DNA of 64,000 bases from Octopus vulgaris (taxonomy: Eukaryota), in assembly GCA_951406725.2 (NCBI GenBank), contig OX597819.1:19282001-19346000 (forward strand). The letters are read 5' to 3'. Positions within the stretch are counted from its first letter, which is position 1, and each line of letters opens with the position of its first letter. This document shows, piece after piece, positions 12,100 to 26,849 of this stretch. Both the position numbers and the translations under genes were made by a program. The notes under the pieces are model-generated. The model was given only the letters and a program-made list of their open reading frames with translations. It did not search any database and was not told the DNA's origin.

Positions 12100-12445
12100 G
12101 TTCGTGTTCAGACCCATTTCGCTGCGTGTTCAGCAAGAGTATTCTACTATAATCCCGGGTGACCAAAGCTTTGTGAACTCGGCAAGCGGAAACCAAGTAC
12201 AATCCTACCGAATATATGTGTGTATGAATGTGTGTGTATGTGTGTATATGTTTGTCCTCCACCAAAGACTTTCAATCGGTGTTGACATCACTGAAATTTG
12301 GTAAGGCCACTAAGAAATCGAAAGAATAGGCACCAGAATTTTGAAAAGCATGAATACTGAAATCGATTTGTTTGATTAAATCTTTCCATGCAGTGCTCCA
12401 GTAAGGTCACAGTTCAATGACGGAAATAAGTAAACGATAAAAAAA
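12100..12445 (+). mobile_element. Old degenerate family A SINE
   Basis: TCTACTATAATCCCGGGTGACCAAAGCTTTGTGA...GTGCTCCAGTAAGGTCACAGTTCAATGACGGAAATAAGTAAA. Confidence 0.6.
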
Positions 12446-13324
12446 AATGGAGAGCAGTACTTCTTGGAATACATTTAGTCTATCGTCTGAAATCATTTCA
12501 TCGGTAATTCTCTATTGATGTCGATAGAAGTTCTTTGATAGAGTATAGTGAGAAACTATACATGTCTTTGAAACCATTTCCACTTAGCTTCGTTCATTTT
12601 AGCAGAAGTAACTGAATCTGATTTGTGAGTCTTGGAAAATTTCTGGTGAAAACGTTTTTGCTATTATTGCAGTGAAAAGTGGAATTCTTGCAAGGAAATT
12701 ATTCCTGATACATTCTGGTATGTATATATTTTACAAAACCCTGGTTTTGCCCGTATCTTACACGCCGATGCAAAGCAAAGTCACATTTGCGTTCACACCG
12801 CTTGGTTTTTATTGTTTTCCATAATTCCGCATCCTTGGCTGTTTTCCATAATTACAACTAACCTTTTAATTGTGAAATAGGCTTGAATTTTCTAATTCTG
12901 CTGTGAAGGTATTCTTTCATCGAAGCATTCAGCTGCATGTATTACACTTTTCCTCTCTCATTGCGATAATATACGTACAGTACAGTTTTTCTCTCGTGCT
13001 TATTTATGATGGCGCATAGAAACTTTAATGATTCGAGAGCGTATCATCTGGGTAGCTTTCCGCTCTTGCTTTTATATCCTCTTCCAGAATAAAAAAAAAT
13101 ATCATTTTAGTGTGTTACGACCTGGAGGCCATAACCCGAATTTACAGACTCAACGAGGATAGGGTGAATCCAAAACAACACAGCATGAAATTGTTTTGTA
13201 AAATAGTAGTAACAATTGTCAGCATGGAAAAAAAAGCCTACATACAAAACAAATATATACACAAACAAAAAAAAAACAATGCCACACCAGACGTGCAGCT
13301 AAAATATTTACAAATGCAACATAT

Positions 13325-13600
13325 ACAGTTCAGAAATTCCGACTCAGAATCACGGCTTCACCAACTTGATTTCACAAACTTGAATCCGTAAATCTGTATT
13401 CACAATTATTGGTTTCACCAATATGTGCCTCACACAAAACCTGGCCTCACAAATTTGTTTTTTCAAAAAAATGCATTCCAAAAGTTTGGATTTCATAAAA
13501 TCTGGATTTCCATTTTAGTAGAAATTCGGTTTTTGGAACCTTGGATTTCGAACATTGAAATGTCATAAAATCTGTCTTCACAAATTCGGTGCTCAGCCTT
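13325..13600. repeat. Degenerate ~15-bp minisatellite (TTCACAAATCTGGAT-like)
   Basis: Recurrent TTCAC(A/C)AA..TG..T at roughly 15-nt spacing. Confidence 0.5.
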
Positions 13601-16488
13601 GGAAGTCGAACCCTGGCAAAGTTCTGGCAAATTCCTGGAGCAAAAAAATGTATCGATTAATGCCGAACACAAAGCACAAAGTACATAAACTAAACTGGAA
13701 ATCATAGCTTCCAGAATCCAATTGAACAACTGTGTCTCTCAGAAAATAACTGTCACAAAAACTGGGGTGCAATTATCTCTGCTTGTAAAGGTTTGCTAAG
13801 GTCCAGCCAATTTGTTAGAGTTTCACAGTTTTGGCTAATAACACCTAGCTTCCACCATTTTGACGGTGGACTTCATCCTGACCTTACAGTACAGCATGCA
13901 AAATTGTTTACCTGTTTAACTTAATATTACAATTTATAATTTCCTAACAAGTGCTATTGGAGATCAGATTTGATCAACTTGCACGTACGAACAAGGGTAG
14001 ATTTGGCCTTGCATTATTTTTCAAAGGGAAAAACTACCACTTATTATCCATTTATTAATATTATTTAGGGTTTGGTTCAATTTCAATATAATCTTGATTG
14101 ATTTGTTTGTTTGTTTATTTCATGACAACGACAACATTATACGGGCCTTTTTACTGTTCTGCCTCTGATGCTAAAAGTGCTCATCGCCCATCAGTATTAG
14201 AAGTGTAAGTTTTCTTTCTCGAAGTGTTACTTGACTGTTGTTTCTCATTCTTAATATATATGACTAAGGCTCGTAAATACCGTACGTTAACTTTTTTTGG
14301 AAATAATTATCTCTTGGTGACTTCTTGTCGTTCGGTTTTGTAATAGCCAGGCTTCTTGTTTTAATATGTCCGCCACCCTTCACGAGTTGTTGTGTTTGTT
14401 CTTTCACTTTTGTCCTTTATTGATTTCACTTGAGATTCAGAGATATTTTCCATTGTTTGCCATTTTTTCTCTATGTTTATTTATTTCTGGTTGCACTGGC
14501 TTTTGATTCTGTATTATAAGTAGATCTAAAACGAACGAAAAAACACTACATTCATTTGTAACAACTGATTGTTCGTGTATTATTTTCCTTATCTTGTGAT
14601 ACCAATAATCACGACTATTTTTATTAAGCAGACGATGGCCAGATATGTGGTTTTACACGTTATTAACATAACATCATTACAATTTTTATTTGGAAACTAT
14701 TTTCCTTAATCCATATGATAATATTTGATTATCTATTCATAAATATTTTTTTGTTTTATTATTCATATTTGTTGATTTTATTTATCTTTTCTTTATATTT
14801 TTGTTCATTTTTCTGTAGATATGCTAGGGTTTGATTTCATTACGTTTTCTCATTTACATTTTCCCCGAACTCCAACGCCATTTTAAGCTTCATATTTATG
14901 TACACGTTGTTTATCGAAGTCATATTATTTTATATGTAACGTCTTTATTAGATTTCAGAATCTATCTTCTTAAATTCCTCAGTCGCTTGTAATCCACAGT
15001 TTTTCATTATATTAAGGTTGTTTAAAAATTATTTAAAGAAAATATATTGTGCTATTTCCACTTTGACGTGAACTACAGCTTTAAAATATGCATATAGGGT
15101 AAACAGATTTCCTTACTCACTATTTTGTTTATTCTTATGCTTTATTTGGCAGAAAAAGACGGACCATTATTTAGAAAGTTACTATTTTCGTCTAGAAGTG
15201 ATTTATACCTAACTGCCTATGACTAGATATTTTAAGAGCTTTCTAATGAATAAGAAAACCAAAAACAATATTTCAAAGTTCTAATCTCAAGATTTATCTA
15301 CAAATTCGTGTCTTCCTTAGAATAACTGTCCGCCAAATTACACCATGTGAATGATTGATTATATTTTTCCCGATGTGAGATTTTTCTTCGGTTCTCTTGG
15401 AACCCACGAGTAAATTGTAAACTTTTTTCTTTACTGAGTGCCTGTGAGTTTGCGACAAACATTCTTGTGACAGAAAATATTAACTACATGTTAACCATGA
15501 AGCAATGGGAGGGGGGATTTTCACTCATACTCTAATGATTTCAATTTGTTTCCTTATTTTTAAAGCTTTATATTTGTTTTTCACTTGATTCATTGGACAG
15601 CGTCCAACATCGGACATACTTTTGAAGGAATTTGGTCGAACACATCGACCCCAAAGTTATTTTTATTTTTAAGTTTGGTACTTTTTCTGTTAGTTTCCTA
15701 CGAAACAAAACAATACGGGTTGCTATGCGGTGGTGGGGGACAGTACAATTACAAGGACAAACAAACACACCCACCCACAGGCACACAAACACAAAGACAC
15801 ACACACATACAGGTATGTATGAGAGGCATCCACACAATTTTCTTATATCATATTCCCTCAACACGTTTTGGTCCATCCGGGACTTGAACAGAAAACATTC
15901 GATCCAGGCGCCCTGCTGTGGGGCCGAACAAGAAACCATCTTGTTATAAAGTAGAATGAGAACGTGCTTGTTGACGGAAATAGCTCACTTCTCTCTTTAC
16001 TTTTTCACAACTCCCAGACTGTGCAAAAATTCCACAGAACAGTTTGTAGTGGGAACTCCAGGGATATCTTTCATGTACTATTCTAGAATATAGAATGCAA
16101 AAAGAAGGAAAAAATATGGCAGGTGTCTGGTCTCGAATGATCAGGCCATGCCCGAGCAATATGAATATTTTATTTTAGCAGCCCTTAAACGATGTGCAAA
16201 ATTGACCCCAGACTTTTTTGTCAGATTGAAAACAGTTGGAACAAACAGAACACCTTTTTTTCAATGGGCCATTTCCACCATGACACTTCACCAGTTATAT
16301 ATGTCGTTTTATGTAGAACACTGCATGTCTGAAGATATACATATATACATATATGCATGCATACACACATTCATATACATACATACTTACATACATGCAT
16401 GCGTACATACATACATACATTTAATTTTTTTTTCAGAATGAGATAAAAAAATCCAGGGCTGTGAAGATTTTAGAATTTTTATAAATAA

Positions 16489-16535
16489 GTCTTACAGCTG
16501 TTTCCGGGATAATTTTATATGCTTTCATCGGAGAC
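16489..16535 (-). ncRNA. Minimal hammerhead-like motif (CCGAUGA variant) in PLE-type repeat
   Basis: Minus strand: GTCT-CCGATGA-AAGCATAT..ATCCCG-GAAA-CAGCTG-TA-AGAC; stem II degraded. Confidence 0.5.
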
Positions 16536-16744
16536 GGTGTGAGAAAATAGTTAATTTAGATATGCTATGAAATAGACAGTGAAGTGAAGGAATTAAACAG
16601 ATGTTAAATATGCAGGGATATTGCATTTGTAGATCTATTATCTAGGCACAATGGTATACACATAAGATTCTAATACATTGTGAGTAAATTCCAATACTAT
16701 TTAGAATTGTTCATTCCAAGTATACAGTTAGTACACAGTGCTAT

Positions 16745-17105
16745 TATAACCGTTTTGATATTCCACATTTTTTCAATTCCAATCAGCAGATCTTGATATT
16801 TTCTGAGCCTATCAAACTCCTTTGCTCATATATTGTGACCACAATGTATACTCATGTCAATCAATAAACAAACTTTATTGCTTTGGTCTTTCACAACAAT
16901 ACCCAGTTTTTGAGCTTTGATGGTTCTGTCTGTATGTACTTCAAAGTCCTAAAGAATCGTTACATTTTCCCCATTAGTTACAGACTCAAAATACTGCTTA
17001 TACCATTTATCAGAAGTTTTGATTTTATTATGCCGACATATCAACCGGTGTAGCTATAGATCAACTCAGTCATATCTTGATTTATTCTCTATAGGTGGTA
17101 AATCT
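16745..17105 (-). mobile_element. R4/Dong-like non-LTR retrotransposon, restriction-like endonuclease remnant
   Basis: Minus-strand translation KWYKQ..ENVTIL*DFEVHTDRTIKA..IVVKDQSNKVCLLIDMSIHCGHNI*AKEFDRLRKYQDLLIGIEKMWNIKTVII matches the RLE PD..D motif region; contains stops. Confidence 0.75.
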
Positions 17106-17239
17106 TTATATCGAGAGATTAGGTGGCCCAATGTTTCAATCGCATCGTTTTAGAATTGGAGCTTTGGGTCTGCTCAATATTTCATTACATTGGTTTCTAA
17201 GTTCCGGATCAAAGCTTGATCTGGAGCAACTATGATGAA

Positions 17240-17322
<83 letters not shown>

Positions 17323-17589
17323 TTCTCTTGTTTTGGCCCTAAGCTCTGTAGCCACTGACAGCTGTGCTTCTGCTCTACATCAGCTTGTCTGCTACGGCCC
17401 ACACATTTCACATGTAGAAGTTTCTGCTTCCAACTTTCATACCCTTTTTTCCGTGCCGTTAATTTCACCTTCTTTGCAACAGCATTTTCCGCTATTCCTT
17501 CAGTTTCTTCAACCTGGCTATCTAGAATAAACTCAAACAATAATAAAATAATAATAATAATTTGTTATCATTTTTATTGTCGTTATTAT

Positions 17590-17963
<374 letters not shown>

Positions 17964-17974
17964 TAATTTTTTTT

Positions 17975-18095
17975 TTAATTCTACCGAAGTTGACATTACC
18001 TTTCCATTTTCGGGGTCGATAAATTAAGTACCAGTGAAACACTGGGATCGATGTAATCGATATTTCCCCTTCCCTTGAATTGCAGCCCTTTTCGA
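17975..18095 (+). mobile_element. Family B SINE fragment
   Basis: CCGAAGTTGACATTACCTTTCCATTTTCGGGGTCGATAAATTAAGTACCAG, reverse complement of part of 33115-33337. Confidence 0.7.
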
Positions 18096-18107
18096 AAAAT
18101 TTGAAAC

Positions 18108-18250
<143 letters not shown>

Positions 18251-18803
18251 ATAGACATCACCATCATCATCTCGTTCATGATACCCTGCTATTTTACGAC
18301 GCACGACGATCACATAAGAAGCAAAGCAGTCACCCTCACATCTACAACGACAACCACACTTGCGCAATGATGTGCAGCTGCACACGAATTCAAACACAGC
18401 ACACAACTGCGAATAGAACCTGTCTTTATGTCAGCGAATGTATATATGTGTGTGTGTATGTGTGTGTGTGTGTGTGTGATTGTGAGTGTTCCATTTTATT
18501 TCTCTGACTAAACATTCTTTAAAGTCACCATCTATCACATAATTAAATATTACTTATTCAATGATTTAAATTTTGATTTATTTATTTGTTTAGTTTAAAG
18601 CAATTTCAATTTTATTTGCAAACATCACATTAAATAATTAATTTCTCTAAATCCACCGTTGATTATTACTAATTACTACGTAAATTGTTTTAGTAATTAA
18701 AGTATATATGTGTGTGTGTGCGTGCGTGTGTCTGTCCGTGTGTGTCTGTATATGTTTATGTTTCCTCATATATATTGATGTATATACGCATATGAATACA
18801 TAC

Positions 18804-18837
<34 letters not shown>

Positions 18838-18920
18838 ACATCCATGTATGTTAAAATGGTTCCAAGAAACAAACTCGCTGAATCGCAAGCACAGGTGCAA
18901 TCATAATCATGTACACATTG

Positions 18921-18976
<56 letters not shown>

Positions 18977-19008
18977 TATACGTATATATATATATGTGTA
19001 TATACATG

Positions 19009-19046
<38 letters not shown>

Positions 19047-19503
19047 TGCAGATATACATATATATGTATGTACATACACTCACACGCATATATATATATT
19101 CATGTGTGTATGGGGCTGTATGTATGTATGTGTGTGTTTGTGTGTATATGTACATACACATATCTATATTTCTATTTTTTTTTCATTCTTTCCTTTCAAG
19201 CTACTTTCTTCCGCATTCCTTTTTTATCACTTTTCATTATCCGCTTTTAATAATATATTTCATTAAGATATATTTTCCCCCCTTTTTTTGTTTAATTTAA
19301 CTTCAGGGATCTAAAACTCATCTCGTCACCACTCTTTCTCTAATTAATACATCTGTTATTAATTTTTGTCTTCATTTTTACCTTCTAACAGCTCTTATAA
19401 TTATTAAATTCCGTGACCATTTATAATTTAATTACCACTGAATCTTAATTTAGGTTTTGTTTACTACTATTATAAATATTTCTGTATTTTCTTTACGCGT
19501 CTT

Positions 19504-19552
<49 letters not shown>

Positions 19553-19671
19553 ATGTTTATATATACATTTATATATATTTGTGTATAAATATATGTATGC
19601 ATTCAAACATACATACATGCATACATATATCTATATATATATATGTATATATATATGCATATATATATATG

Positions 19672-19727
<56 letters not shown>

Positions 19728-19811
19728 TACGAGCGTGCGAAACAGTGTTATGTGTATGTGTAGAAGTTTATATATTTATATACGTATTTGTTAATATACA
19801 GACATACACAA

Positions 19812-19866
<55 letters not shown>

Positions 19867-20194
19867 TGTCAACAGCAAGCCTGTTATTATCTGTTCATTT
19901 TCCCATCGTATGACCCTTCTTTGCGATATTTCCCTCTCATTAGACAACTTAAAAGTTTTAATTTACGAGAATCATCGGGATAACACTTGAACACTATTTC
20001 CTATCGAATCTCATATTCGTCAACGCAGGGCTTTCGTTACCAGAAGTAAAAAAGAGCTGCATTTTATTTATTGTCACAGCATATTACCTTGTGACCCTGT
20101 GCCTTTATTCTACCTTTCATCACTGTTAGATAACCTGCGGAGCGAAAATATTATTTAAGAGAGATCCATACGTGTGTCCTTCTATTGCAATATT

Positions 20195-20559
20195 TGGGGG
20201 GATGCCAGTTGATGAGATCGACCCAGGTACGTAACTGGTACTTATTTAATCGACCCCGAAAGGATACATGGCAAAGTCGACCTCGGCGGAATTTGAACTC
20301 AGAACGAACGGCAGATGAAATACCTATTCCTTTACTACCCACAAGGGGCTAAACACAGAGAGCTCAAACAAGGACAGACAAACGGATTAATTAGATTATA
20401 TCGACCCCAGTGCGTAACTGGAACTTAATTTATCGACCCCGAAAGGATGAAAGGCAAAGTCGACCTCGGCGGAATTTGAACTCAGAACGCAACGGCAGAC
20501 GAAATAGGGCTACGCATTTCGCCCGGCGTTCTAATGTTTCTGCCAGCTTGTCGTCCTTA
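20195..20559 (-). mobile_element. Two tandem family B SINE copies (one partial)
   Basis: ATCGACCCCGAAAGGAT..GGCAAAGTCGACCTCGGCGGAATTTGAACTCAGAACG occurs twice; head reads GCTGGCAGAAAC on the minus strand. Confidence 0.85.
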
Positions 20560-20974
20560 TAAAAAGAGAATATTGACATATTGTGGTGTTGTGGCATTCA
20601 CTAATTTTCAATGTAAATCACTTCTTCGCTCTTCACCAGTAGCTTATTTACATGATATGAATTTGTACAAATTTGTATACATGTAGAATTATCATTCATA
20701 CAGCGCCTCCAATAAATTAATAACCCTTGGAGCAATTTATTTATTTAATTATTCTTTGATAGACTGTGTAAAACGTTGAAATATATCATAGTGGAACAAA
20801 GAAAATATCACATTTAAAAAAAAATTCAGCAGTTAAAGAAACGTATGGCCAACCTGAAAAGTGTCCAGGGAAATGTGCAGGGAAAGCTATTCAACAGAGT
20901 TCGTCTCTATGTTCTGCAGTCTTTACTCCACCATAAAACAAGCGTTCCAATGATATATAGCAATAGACAATTAT

Positions 20975-21010
20975 AATTTTGGATATGTGTATATATCCTT
21001 TCATCAGAGG
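20975..21010 (-). ncRNA. Decayed hammerhead-like motif
   Basis: Minus strand: CTGATGA-AAGGATAT-ATACAC-ATATCC-AAAA (GAAA box mutated). Confidence 0.3.
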
Positions 21011-21058
21011 AATTATTGTGGAATTCCAATATTAACCTCTATTAAACCATCTAGCATC

Positions 21059-21106
21059 GTCTCTGATGAAGGAATATCTATAATATCCCAGAAACAGCTG
21101 TTAGAC
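21059..21106 (+). ncRNA. Minimal type I hammerhead in PLE-type repeat (21050-21170)
   Basis: GTCT-CTGATGA-AGGAATAT-CTATA-ATATCCCA-GAAA-CAGCTG-TT-AGAC; palindromic stem III CAGCTG; two mismatches in stem II. Confidence 0.65.
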
Positions 21107-21182
21107 TATATCTATATATATTTCCTTATAAAATCCTGAAAATTCCTCACAGCCTTGGCGTTGTTATCTCTTTTTTTTTCTA

Positions 21183-21279
<97 letters not shown>

Positions 21280-22128
21280 TAGTAAGGAGAGACACAAATA
21301 CGAAGGAAGAAAACAAAGGACCACTGATGCGGTCATAGGAGTGTGACGAGAGAACTCTGGCCGAAATAAGATTAAGATTAATGTAAAAAATAAATATCAC
21401 TGAAGCAAAATAACACCAAATATATAGTGCGTGTGTTTTTATTGGCTAAACTGGCAATATGACCATTCCGAAATATAACAATATCTGTTTCAACACACGA
21501 CTTCACATAAAAAATATTGCACAACAAATATTTAAACGTATATATATATATATATATATATATGCTAACACAAAACCCACGTTAAGCTCCTCATTCGTAT
21601 CACTTTCGAACCAAATGTTTCACTACGATCTCTCCACAGCACTTACTTAGCGTTAACTGCCACACGTTGGGTTTTCTAAATAGCCTAAATACCAATACCT
21701 TTTATAAATAGATAGATACACGTAGGTATATAAGCTCATGTAAATACGTATGTGTATGTATAAGTGTTTACGGTTTATAATTTATGTGTCAGCATTTCTT
21801 TGTTTCTCCTCTTTAAATGCCCTTTGCATTTGCCCATCCCGTCAATACGCCAGTAAACACTGCCAGTCTGCCGTATATCGTAGAAATTAAATAGGAAGAC
21901 TTTCTAAGATAATCATGTGTATTGTGTTTCCTTGTTAATAACGTGAACTTTAAGCTATTCTATTGACCTATACTCTGTACTATAATATTCATCTATTCAT
22001 ATTTTATTGTAAAACGCTTGCTTGACAACGCTGATTTCTGCTCTCCCCAACTGCCCTAAATAGTCGATGTTCTATTCTTGTCCTGCTGTTCATATATTTA
22101 CTTCAGATTTTAATTAATATATATGTGC

Positions 22129-22197
<69 letters not shown>

Positions 22198-22291
22198 GAA
22201 CAAGAGACACACTCAGACACACACACATACTCACACATGCTTTATATACATTTTTCGGCTTATAATTCTGTCAGTGTTCACATATATAGAG

Positions 22292-22344
<53 letters not shown>

Positions 22345-22423
22345 CGTATATAGATATAGATATATATGTGTGTGCGTGTTTGTGTGTGTGTGTGTGTGTA
22401 TGTGTGTGTGTTTATATATATGC

Positions 22424-22465
<42 letters not shown>

Positions 22466-23734
22466 ATATGCATTCGTTTGATCATGTACACACACGACGC
22501 TGCCACTGAACGTCATGCAAAAGTGGACATAAATTATTATTTACTGCCACAAGTTCTACAAATTCTCCATCTTCGTAGAATAATTCTTCCTTTACATAAT
22601 TTCTTCTTCATCTTTGTCAATGCACGCAAAGAAGAATCGTCCAAGAAGAATCGTGATGCTGTCAGTAATTGTCGATGAAGGTTGTGTACTGTTCCTGCCA
22701 CGCATTACTAAAGGTTATATGTTTACAGATATGGCACCATTCAGGAGATCGATAGGCACACGAAAAAGTTTGAAGACTGAGTTAAAACCACGTTGCGAGT
22801 GACCAACAGCTACGATGGCAGACACGAATCACCAAAGACTGGCCGAAATTATTCATTCGTATATTCGAATAATTGTATGTGATTTTGCTTACACAATAGA
22901 TATAGAATCACAATGCATTGCGGAATTAATTATCAAAAGGTAATTCAATGTAGGTATTTCGGCAACCGACAAACGTTTAAGTTTTTGAAGGAATTCAAGA
23001 TGCACTTTCGTCTTGCTTATTTATATGAAATTAAACGTGACCATGTCTTTATCATCCAGGTTACAAGGCTCGGTCCGTAGAATGACTTCACCAAACATTT
23101 CCATTCCTAAAATTTTCAAGAGGCAGTGATCATCAAAAAGGCTGATAGTATCTGTTATGGAGTAAGACAAGGACTTTACTCTCCTTGATTTTCTGGAACA
23201 TAGTTGCGTGGTAAAAATCGAGTGGTTCACTGAGGCACGCAAAAAGGTTAAAGAAATAATTCAAAGGTAAGGAATCGGACAAAAACCTGAGAACGATCTC
23301 CATTCTCAAAGACAATACGCGAACGAAAACATCTTTGGCAAGAAGTGAGGCAATCGGCAAATTAGTCGGATCAGTGGCTTCTGTTTCCATAGTATTGCGC
23401 CAATTTCCTTATGATCGGTTCAAAGAAGAGATTTCATGGCACGAGTCCAGGTGAAAATGACTGTGAAGAAGTGAGTACAACGAAGCGCATCTAAATTGTT
23501 AGAAAGTGATTTCAGAATCCGGTTAAGAGAGGGCACAAATGCTTCACCTGTGATGAAGATTTTGTTGCAGAGTAACTTTGCAAAGGTACTGTGGAGGAAT
23601 TAATCAAACACCATGAACAACTTGAACGATCAGACCTTTAATGAAATGTTACTCCTATTCTGCAATTGCTTTTATACAAGGTTATTAATATATTTTTACA
23701 TTCTTATATTCTGGTCTCTTGAAATTATACTTCT

Positions 23735-24117
<383 letters not shown>

Positions 24118-24152
24118 GTGGGCATAGTAATGATAATAATAATAATAATAAC

Positions 24153-24225
<73 letters not shown>

Positions 24226-24762
24226 GGCAGTGGCTCTCATGGCTTCTGATCTTAACTGATTGGAAGTGTTATCATGTACATTGTTTTGTCTTGGTATAAA
24301 AGATGGGGTACAGCAAATATTCTGCTCAATACCACAGATTTGCTTGTCAGTTGTTTGACCTTAACCAGTTGAGCACGTCCCTTAATGGCTGACAATATGT
24401 GCATCTCTGATCACGAGCAGAAGTAGTGAGGGAGCATCAAAGCCATGTGTTGAGAGGGATTCTTTGGGGTTTGAATAATTCACCTCTGGAAACATGGGTG
24501 GTTATTTCAACATCCGTAAACAACCCTTATTCAGGGACCGTTTGAGCGGGATGGGCTACTCAACCTGAAGAAAATTCTAACTGGGCCCCACCTGCAAGGT
24601 CATGTGCTGTTTATCTTGATATGAGATCACCATGTCGCGCACATATGGTTGTGATGCATGTGCCTTGTGTACCCTTATCAGACGGGTAGTCATGATGGGT
24701 ATATTGGGCTTCGTATATTTTACCCCAGTGTCACTTTGATGGCATGAACTGCTCTCTCACTC
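24226..24762. mobile_element. ~540-bp interspersed element inserted in (TAA)n, class undetermined
   Basis: Complex sequence with sharp boundaries and (TAA)n on both sides, splitting the (TAA)n of the plus-strand HHR element. Confidence 0.5.
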
Positions 24763-24960
24763 AATAATAATAATAATAATAATGATGATAATAATAATAA
24801 TCATAATAACAACATAGAAAAATACGTTTGGAATGAGAAGCCAGCTTCGAAATTTCCCCAAGACACCTGATGAAGGCTGGAGGATATATCAGTCGAAACG
24901 TTGTGTTAACAACAAAGATGAGGACAGATATCCATCTAATGTAAATAATGTAAATAATGA
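24763..24960 (+). mobile_element. Second (inverted) copy of the (TAA)n-hammerhead tail
   Basis: Reverse complement of ~23762-23893 preceded by (TAA)n. Confidence 0.8.
24862..24907 (+). ncRNA. Minimal type I hammerhead
   Basis: GACAC-CTGATGA-A-GGCTG-GAGGATATAT-CAGTC-GAAA-CG-TT-GTGTT; stems I and II both pair; GUU triplet. Confidence 0.75.
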
Positions 24961-25869
24961 TGCAATTATGTGAAAACAATGAATGATAAGCAAAGTGTAC
25001 TCGCATCGACAGGAGATGCAGATGTTTAGCTGATCAGTATTCCTGGAAGTCCTAGAATATATTTGGTGCTATGCAGTGGGACTGAACCCGGAAACATGTG
25101 ATTTCGAAGCAAACTTCTTACAAAATAGCCAGGCCTGGTCCTGTGAACGTTGCTAAAATTAAGGCCTATGCAAATATCTAAACTATGAAATGATCCTCAC
25201 TTCGGCTCCTACAATTTTCGAGGAGCTTGTACAATTATTTTAGGAACTGCCCTTTCGCGTTTGAATACACAATGGAAAGAAAAGTCTTAGAACCTATCAA
25301 ACATTGGGATTTTGGCATCATTTATTTCAGATTGCCAGTAACAACGACACTTAATTAGTCAAAACCTGGTTCTAAGTCAGCTGAGGTTAAACTCTTTAAC
25401 GAGTTAAAACTAAAGCTTCTTATAATGCCAGGATTCGGTGTTTCCTAACATCTAAATCAGCAATCCAATGTGTGTGTTTGTCTGTGTGTCTGTGTGAGTG
25501 TATAAACACACATACTTACACACATCACTATGGTGTGTCAGCTATTTTATCATTAATACGGTATAGTGATGTTTCATTTGGAATAAATTCAGATTGTTAC
25601 AAACCATGTCATATCTGAGCCAATTATTTAATTACAGTTAATTAATTAATGAAATGTAATAGGGAAGTTTAATGTTATTTAAATATTTCAGCTTGTAATT
25701 CAATAGTGTCGTGTTAATGATAGTCATTATTGAATTAGCCGTGCAATACAGCATACAATGGGACACGTGATACGATTATAACAGGATAATGTATGAGACC
25801 AATGATATCTGGTGGCGTTTCCGATGCATTACCGGGAAATAAAACTTTGCAATATAGTTTACTCTTAAA

Positions 25870-26085
25870 TTTGTTTCACTTAGTAAAACACGACCATGCT
25901 GGGGCAGCGCCTTGGAATCATTTTCGTCAGATAAATCGATCCTAGTATTATGTTATTGCGTCTGATACTTTTTCTATCGGCCAATATTGCCGAACCGCTA
26001 GGTTTCTGGGGGTACAAAAAAACAGAAACCGGTTGCCGAATTGCGGTGGAGGATAAACACAAGCACAAGACACAAATACAAAGAT
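25870..26085 (-). mobile_element. Family A SINE 3' half (degenerate)
   Basis: CCATGCTGGGGCAGCGCC..TTGCCGAACCGCTAGG..CGGTTG. Confidence 0.7.
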
Positions 26086-26356
26086 ATGTATATGTATATA
26101 TAAATGTGTGTGTTTGTGTGTGAGTGTGCCTCGCGCATGTATGTGTGTATAGAGTGTTTGAAGTGATGCACACACATACTGTATATTAAGAAAGCAGTCA
26201 CAATTCTGGATGATTCTTCGTTAAGCGTTTCTAACCACTCGTGAGGATTCTTCAGAAAAGTCCTCATGAATGGATGGAAGCGCTAACAAAGAATTATCCA
26301 CAATTCTGACAGCCTCTTTTTTCTCTCACTCACTCACACACATACAGACACACACA

Positions 26357-26421
<65 letters not shown>

Positions 26422-26425
<4 letters not shown>

Positions 26426-26540
26426 CCTGCTCGCTTAGCCAGCGGGGTGGCGTCATTCGAAGGGTAAAACAATGCGAACGCATTATGACCAGCGATGTGT
26501 AACTACATCTGATGTACTGGTCGGTCACGTGATCACATGA
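26422..26540 (+). mobile_element. 119-bp (TA)n-embedded mini element, copy 1
   Basis: TTGGCCTGCTCGCTTAGCCAGCGGGGTGGCGTCATTCGAAGG...GGTCACGTGATCACATGA; copies at 26686, 35152 and 41657; strand assigned relative to the SINE fusion at 41657-41846. Confidence 0.8.
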
Positions 26541-26624
26541 TATATATATATATATATATATACTCTACCACTGGTATTTGAGTACTCTTTTTTCCACCTT
26601 GTTTCACATTTATGTGTTTACTCC

Positions 26625-26685
<61 letters not shown>

Positions 26686-26689
<4 letters not shown>

Positions 26690-26803
26690 CCTGCTCGCTT
26701 AGCCAGCGGGGTGGCGTCATTCGAAGGGTAAAACAATGCGAACGCATTATGACCAGCGATGTGTAACTACATCTGATGTACTGGTCGGTCACGTGATCAC
26801 GTG

Positions 26804-26804
<1 letters not shown>
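26686..26804 (+). mobile_element. 119-bp mini element, copy 2
   Basis: Nearly identical to 26422-26540. Confidence 0.8.

Positions 26805-26849
<45 letters not shown>

Noticed and set aside
15950-16310. Tc1/mariner remnant (WPDHSRPD..FFL on the minus strand)
   Set aside because: Only one weak motif, insufficient without a search.
23021-23390. Possible host exon (hydrophobic ORFs, faintly receptor-like)
   Set aside because: No convincing motif, overlapping short frames and no supported splice structure.
26422-26540. HDV-like ribozyme at the precise 5' end of the 119-bp module
   Set aside because: I could not build the nested double pseudoknot; only simple hairpins are evident.
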